NCBI GenBank assembly: GCA_041498975.1
Contig: JBGQJI010000090.1
Location: forward strand, 1 to 10,333
DNA length: 10,333 nucleotides
Source of the DNA: Candidatus Methylomirabilis sp.
GTDB taxonomy: Bacteria; Methylomirabilota; Methylomirabilia; Methylomirabilales; Methylomirabilaceae
Direction of reading: 5' to 3'
The notes below the pieces were generated by a model. It was not told where the DNA came from, searched no databases, and was given only the letters and a program-made list of their open reading frames with translations. A program made the position numbers and the translations under genes. This document shows, in pieces, positions 6,611-10,333 of the stretch; the stretch's first letter is position 1, and every line of letters begins with the position of its first letter.

Positions 6611-6889
6611 CTAGCCCCCAGCGTTCACAAGCTGATGCAGGGCCTTACCGGGCTTGAACTTGAGGACCTTTCGAGCCGCGATGGTGATCTCTTCGCCGGT
6701 CTGCGGGTTTCGCCCCTTCCTCGCCCGTTTGGCTCTCACTTGAAAGGAGCCGAAGCCGACAAGCTGGATCTTCTCTCCCTTCTTGAGGGCATCCTTCACC
6801 ATGTCGAGGGTGGCCTCCACGGCCTCCATCGCCTGTTTCTTGGTAAGGCCCTTCTCGGCGACGATCGACGCTATGTCGGCCTTGGTCAT
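6611..6889 (-). CDS. HU/IHF family nucleoid-associated DNA-binding protein
   Basis: MTKADI..LVGFGSF..RKGRNPQTG..FKPGKAL, with SD GAGGAGG before ATG 6889. The sequence is HU-like while the gene position is ihfA-like, so no symbol is given. Confidence 0.96.
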   Translation of the reverse strand: MTKADIASIVAEKGLTKKQAMEAVEATLDMVKDALKKGEKIQLVGFGSFQVRAKRARKGRNPQTGEEITIAARKVLKFKPGKALHQLVNAGG

Positions 6890-6953
6890 CGTGTCCCTCC
6901 TCTCCCGCTGCACATATGCCGCTACCGGGATCCGGCAGCCTCACACGCCCCTG

Positions 6954-7844
6954 TTATTTCGTGACGATGAGAGTTGGAAACCCCTTCTCTCGAAGCTCCT
7001 TGGCTTTGTGGATCGCTTCACCCCGGCTGCTGAACTGGCCCACTCTGACGAGGTGCAGCGTGGAGCTGCCTGTTTCTGAGACGATCTTCGGGGTGAAGCC
7101 TTTCTTCTGGAGCTCGTGCGCAAGGTCGATCGCCTGATCCAGTCCGGCCGACCTGCCGGCCTCCACGCGATAGCGGCCATCCGACTCGCCCAGGATGGCC
7201 GGAACTCCCTCGGCCCTGAGTTTTTCCACCAGGGTGTCCGCTTCCGCCCTGTCAACGGCCGCTGTCACCAGGACGACATGCTGGGTGGCGGGCGTGTGGG
7301 CCTTCCGGATCGTCACAGGGTACCCGAGCTTCTGCAGCCTCTGCCTCAAGGCGAGCGCGTTGCGCTCGCGTGCCATTGCCCCGACTTGGATGCTGAAGCG
7401 GCCTTGCGAAGCCGCCTTTGGGGCCAAAGGCGCAACAGCTTCCGGCGGCTGCATCGCCCGTGGCTGAGGCGGCTCGGATTCGGCATTCTTTTCCGGCGGC
7501 GACGCGACGGGACGCTTCGACTGCGGCCCTGTGTCCGAATCAAACCCCTTTGCCGGTCGTTCTGGGATCACCACGGCAGACGGCATGAAGGGCGCCGGTG
7601 AAGGTCGAGAGGCTTGTTCTGGTGGCGGAATCACGGTACGCCCCGGGGTGGGTGAGGGCGTGTCGGATCCCCTACCGATGTAGGTCCCGATGAGGTTCTT
7701 GGCTCCAAGCGCGGCAACCACGACCAGGAGCAGGCTGAGAAGGAAGATCCGACGGCTCGACGGGTGTGGGGCAGTCGGTTCTGGCGGCGCCTGATCGTCA
7801 GCCTCACCAGCGTTTGCCGGTTTCATGAGATTGAAGCGCCTCAT
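6954..7844 (-). CDS. Bitopic membrane protein with Pro-rich linker and C-terminal SPOR domains (FtsN/DedD-like architecture)
   Basis: TM segment IFLLSLLLVVVAALGA, a Pro/Ala/Ser-rich linker, and SPOR-like segments FSIQVGAM..NALALRQRLQKLGY, YRVEAG..AIDLAHELQKKGF and HLVRVGQFSSRGEA..LREKGF. The ATG overlaps the miaB stop (TGATG). Confidence 0.85.
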   Translation of the reverse strand: MRRFNLMKPANAGEADDQAPPEPTAPHPSSRRIFLLSLLLVVVAALGAKNLIGTYIGRGSDTPSPTPGRTVIPPPEQASRPSPAPFMPSAVVIPERPAKGFDSDTGPQSKRPVASPPEKNAESEPPQPRAMQPPEAVAPLAPKAASQGRFSIQVGAMARERNALALRQRLQKLGYPVTIRKAHTPATQHVVLVTAAVDRAEADTLVEKLRAEGVPAILGESDGRYRVEAGRSAGLDQAIDLAHELQKKGFTPKIVSETGSSTLHLVRVGQFSSRGEAIHKAKELREKGFPTLIVTK

Positions 7845-9241
7845 CAACTCTTCATTCGGAGATTTGCGATATCATAGAGAGTGGCCGCAGGCTTGTCAAA
7901 TCCTTTTTCCCTTCGTTCGGCGGCCCCCCCTAGGATCAGTTCCCCTTGCAGATGAAGGGGGCTGGCGCCCATGATCGTCACAGGCACCAAGTCCCCGTCG
8001 CTCGCCCCTTCCCCGAAAAAGTGGACGATCTTATTCTGTCTGGTCCGACCCGCGAGGCGAGCGGGATCACCCTTGGCATCCTCGCGATCCACGAGGACCT
8101 CCACTGTTCGCCCGACGTACGCGCGGTTGCGATCCAAGGACAGGCGGCTCAGGAGAACCTGCACCTGCTCCAAGCGACGCCCCTTGACCTGATCCGGGAG
8201 CTGTTCGGGCATCTGCGTGGCCGGGGTGTGGGGTCTCGGGGAGTACTTGAAGATGAAGGCTCCGTCGAAGCCGACCTTGTCCATGAGGCTCAGGGTTTCC
8301 TGGAAGTCGTCCTCTGTCTCACCGGGAAATCCGACGATGATGTCGGTGGTGATCGCGAGGTGTGGGGTCTTGGATCGGAGGAGCGCGACTTGTGCCAAGT
8401 ACTCATCTCGACTGTAGCCGCGCTTCATCTGACGAAGGATCCCGTCAGAGCCTGATTGAACCGGAAGATGGATATGCTCGCACAGGCTGGGAAGGTCGGC
8501 GATTGCCTCCGCCAGTTCTTCGGTCACATCGGCAGGGTGAGGGCTCGTGAATCGCACTCTCACCTCCCCATCGACGACACCATCGATCTGTCGGAGCAAC
8601 TCCACGAAGCTGGCGCGCGGTCGGAGCTTCTTCCCGTAGGAGTTGACGGTTTGCCCCAGGAGGGTGATCTCGCGGTACCCCTGCCGCTTCAGTGCGTGGA
8701 TCTCCTCCAGGATCTCGAGGGGAGGTCGGCTCCGCTCCCGTCCCCGAGTGAAAGGAACCACGCAGAAGGTACAGAAGCGATCGCACCCCTCCATGATGCT
8801 GACCCAGGCCTTGACACCGCTTCGCCGTTTGATCGGCGCGGCCGCAGGATAGGAGAAGCCGGGGGCCCTGGCCGTCGCAATGCCGCGATTGCCTCGTGTG
8901 CGCAGGAGCTTGGGAATCGAGGTAAGCTGCCCTGGACCGACCACGAAATCGAGATAGGGGAAACGATCGAGCAGCGCCTGCCCCTCCTGCTGGGCGACGC
9001 ACCCGCATATGCCGATGCGGAGGCCTTCCTTCCGGCGCTTCAGCACCTGAAAGGTCCCGAGGCGGCTATAGACCTTGTGCTCCGCCTTCTCGCGGATGGC
9101 ACAGGTATTGAGAAGGATCAGGTCGGCCTCCTCTTCACGCTCGATCAGTTCGTACCCCTCCCGGGCCAAGACGCCGGCGATTCGCTCCGAGTCCAGCTCG
9201 TTGGCCTGGCAGCCATAGGTGATCAGCTTCAGCTTAGGCAT
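7844..9241 (-). CDS. miaB: tRNA-2-methylthio-N6-dimethylallyladenosine synthase MiaB
   Basis: UPF0004 motifs TYGCQAN, LNTCAIREKAE, GCVAQ; radical SAM motif GCDRFCTFC; HLPVQSGS, TTDIIVGFPGET, YSPRP; C-terminal TRAM domain (GRTRQNKIV). Confidence 0.96.
   Translation of the reverse strand: MPKLKLITYGCQANELDSERIAGVLAREGYELIEREEEADLILLNTCAIREKAEHKVYSRLGTFQVLKRRKEGLRIGICGCVAQQEGQALLDRFPYLDFVVGPGQLTSIPKLLRTRGNRGIATARAPGFSYPAAAPIKRRSGVKAWVSIMEGCDRFCTFCVVPFTRGRERSRPPLEILEEIHALKRQGYREITLLGQTVNSYGKKLRPRASFVELLRQIDGVVDGEVRVRFTSPHPADVTEELAEAIADLPSLCEHIHLPVQSGSDGILRQMKRGYSRDEYLAQVALLRSKTPHLAITTDIIVGFPGETEDDFQETLSLMDKVGFDGAFIFKYSPRPHTPATQMPEQLPDQVKGRRLEQVQVLLSRLSLDRNRAYVGRTVEVLVDREDAKGDPARLAGRTRQNKIVHFFGEGASDGDLVPVTIMGASPLHLQGELILGGAAERREKGFDKPAATLYDIANLRMKS
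7871..7899 (-). promoter_or_regulatory. Near-consensus sigma70 promoter inside miaB 3' end, upstream of SPOR gene
   Basis: TTGACA (7899-7894), 17-nt spacer, TATGAT (7876-7871). Confidence 0.72.
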
Positions 9242-9318
9242 TGCTCATCTATCTCTTGCTGTATGACACGCTACGTTGTCCTCCGACTCCAGCGGACTGC
9301 CGTTACTGGATGAACGCG

Positions 9319-9445
9319 CAGCTATCAGCCGTCAGCTTTCAGCAAAGGCAGAAGAATACTAGAAGAGTTCCCCACTCCCCACACGAGGTCTTGTACAGCA
9401 CCTATTGTTTTCATTTGTTCCGCTCATTGCTGACCACTGACCGCT
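9319..9445. repeat. Heptamer tandem repeats arranged as an imperfect inverted repeat
   Basis: CAGCTAT-CAGCCGT-CAGCTTT-CAGCAAA at 9319-9346, and the complementary-sense TTGCTGACCACTGACCGCT at 9427-9445. Confidence 0.6.
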
Positions 9446-10333
9446 TCAGGCGTGAAGCGCCCCCAGGGCTTGCGCCATCCGGTCCGCCCCCTTGACGATC
9501 GCCTCCATCGGTGTCGCGTATGAGAGGCGGAGGTGCGCATCACTGCCGAAATCGGCTCCCGGGACCAACGCGACATGTGCGTTCTGCAAGAGATAGGTGG
9601 CCATCTCAGCGGAGTTCCGTATCGGGCCGCCGTTCGACCTCCTCCCGTAGAAGGCCGAGACGTTCGGGAAGAGGTAGAAAGCGCCCTCTGGGTTCGTACA
9701 ATGGAGACCGGGGATGGCATTCAGCCGGCCGACCAGATAACGCCGACGCCGGTCGAATTCTGCCGCCATGGCCCGGACATCATCCTGCGGACCGAGGAGA
9801 GCGGCGACGGCGGCCTTCTGTGCGATCGAGGTGGGGTTCGATGTCACCTGGCTCTGGATATCGCCCATTGCCTTGATGATCTCCTTCGGCCCCGCCGCGT
9901 ACCCGATCCGCCAGCCGGTCATGGCATACGCCTTGGAGACTGTGTTGACCACGATCGTGTGCCGCTTCGCCTCATCGCCAAGCGATGCAACGCTGACGTG
10001 GGCGTGTCCGTCATAGGTCAGGGATTCGTACGCCTCGTCTGAGATCAGCAAGAGGTCTCGTTCGACGGCTAAGGCGGCAATGGCCTTCAACTGATCGATC
10101 GGGATCATGGCGCCGGTCGGGTTACAGGGACTGTTGAGCAGAATCGCCTTCGTCCTGGGCGTAATGGCCGGCTCCACCACCCGGCATGACAGGTGGAACG
10201 CATCCTCCTCTCGCGTCTGGACGATGACCGGGCGCGCGCCGACGAGACGAATCTGTTCCGTATAGGTCACCCAGTAGGGGGCCGGGATGATCACCTCATC
10301 CCCCGGCTCCAACAGCACCTCGGCGATGTTGAA
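9446..10333 (-). CDS. PLP-dependent aminotransferase class I/II (aspartate aminotransferase-like), partial, 5' end outside window
   Basis: PGDEVIIPAPYW, NSPCNPTG, ISDEAY, PLP-lysine motif SKAYAMTGWRIGY, PEGAFYLF, LRLSYA. The frame is open to the window edge. Confidence 0.95.
   Translation of the reverse strand, partial: FNIAEVLLEPGDEVIIPAPYWVTYTEQIRLVGARPVIVQTREEDAFHLSCRVVEPAITPRTKAILLNSPCNPTGAMIPIDQLKAIAALAVERDLLLISDEAYESLTYDGHAHVSVASLGDEAKRHTIVVNTVSKAYAMTGWRIGYAAGPKEIIKAMGDIQSQVTSNPTSIAQKAAVAALLGPQDDVRAMAAEFDRRRRYLVGRLNAIPGLHCTNPEGAFYLFPNVSAFYGRRSNGGPIRNSAEMATYLLQNAHVALVPGADFGSDAHLRLSYATPMEAIVKGADRMAQALGALHA

Noticed and set aside
8445..10042. Long alternative-frame ORFs over miaB and the aminotransferase
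   Set aside because: Expected by chance in GC-rich coding DNA; they fully overlap well-supported genes.

Overview
GC-rich bacterial window in which every convincing gene lies on the minus strand. The right part (~3.2-10.3 kb) is core chromosome: partial class I/II aminotransferase, miaB, a SPOR-domain membrane protein, HU/IHF, a MerR-type regulator, tRNA-Pro(GGG), surE, pcm, tRNA-Pro(CGG), a TIGR00725/LOG-family protein and apt. Just after apt is the 5' half of a tRNA-Arg(CCU) gene. It stops at the anticodon and continues into what looks like the first ~26 nt of a tRNA group I intron (a P1 guide with the U·G splice-site pair, plus the 5' strand of P2). That fragment is cut off by a 45-bp imperfect inverted repeat with a U-tract. 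Beyond this junction (1-~3.1 kb) is a phage-satellite-like integrative element carrying a repeat lipoprotein, a three-way-junction RNA, a hypothetical protein, a Xis/AlpA-like HTH protein and a Prim-Pol/PriCT-1/D5-SF3 primase-helicase. The primase-helicase runs off the left edge and is missing from the supplied ORF track. The most notable signal is an element apparently inserted inside a tRNA group I intron, splitting tRNA-Arg(CCU). The rest of the intron, the 3' exon and the integrase are not in this window, so this remains a hypothesis.
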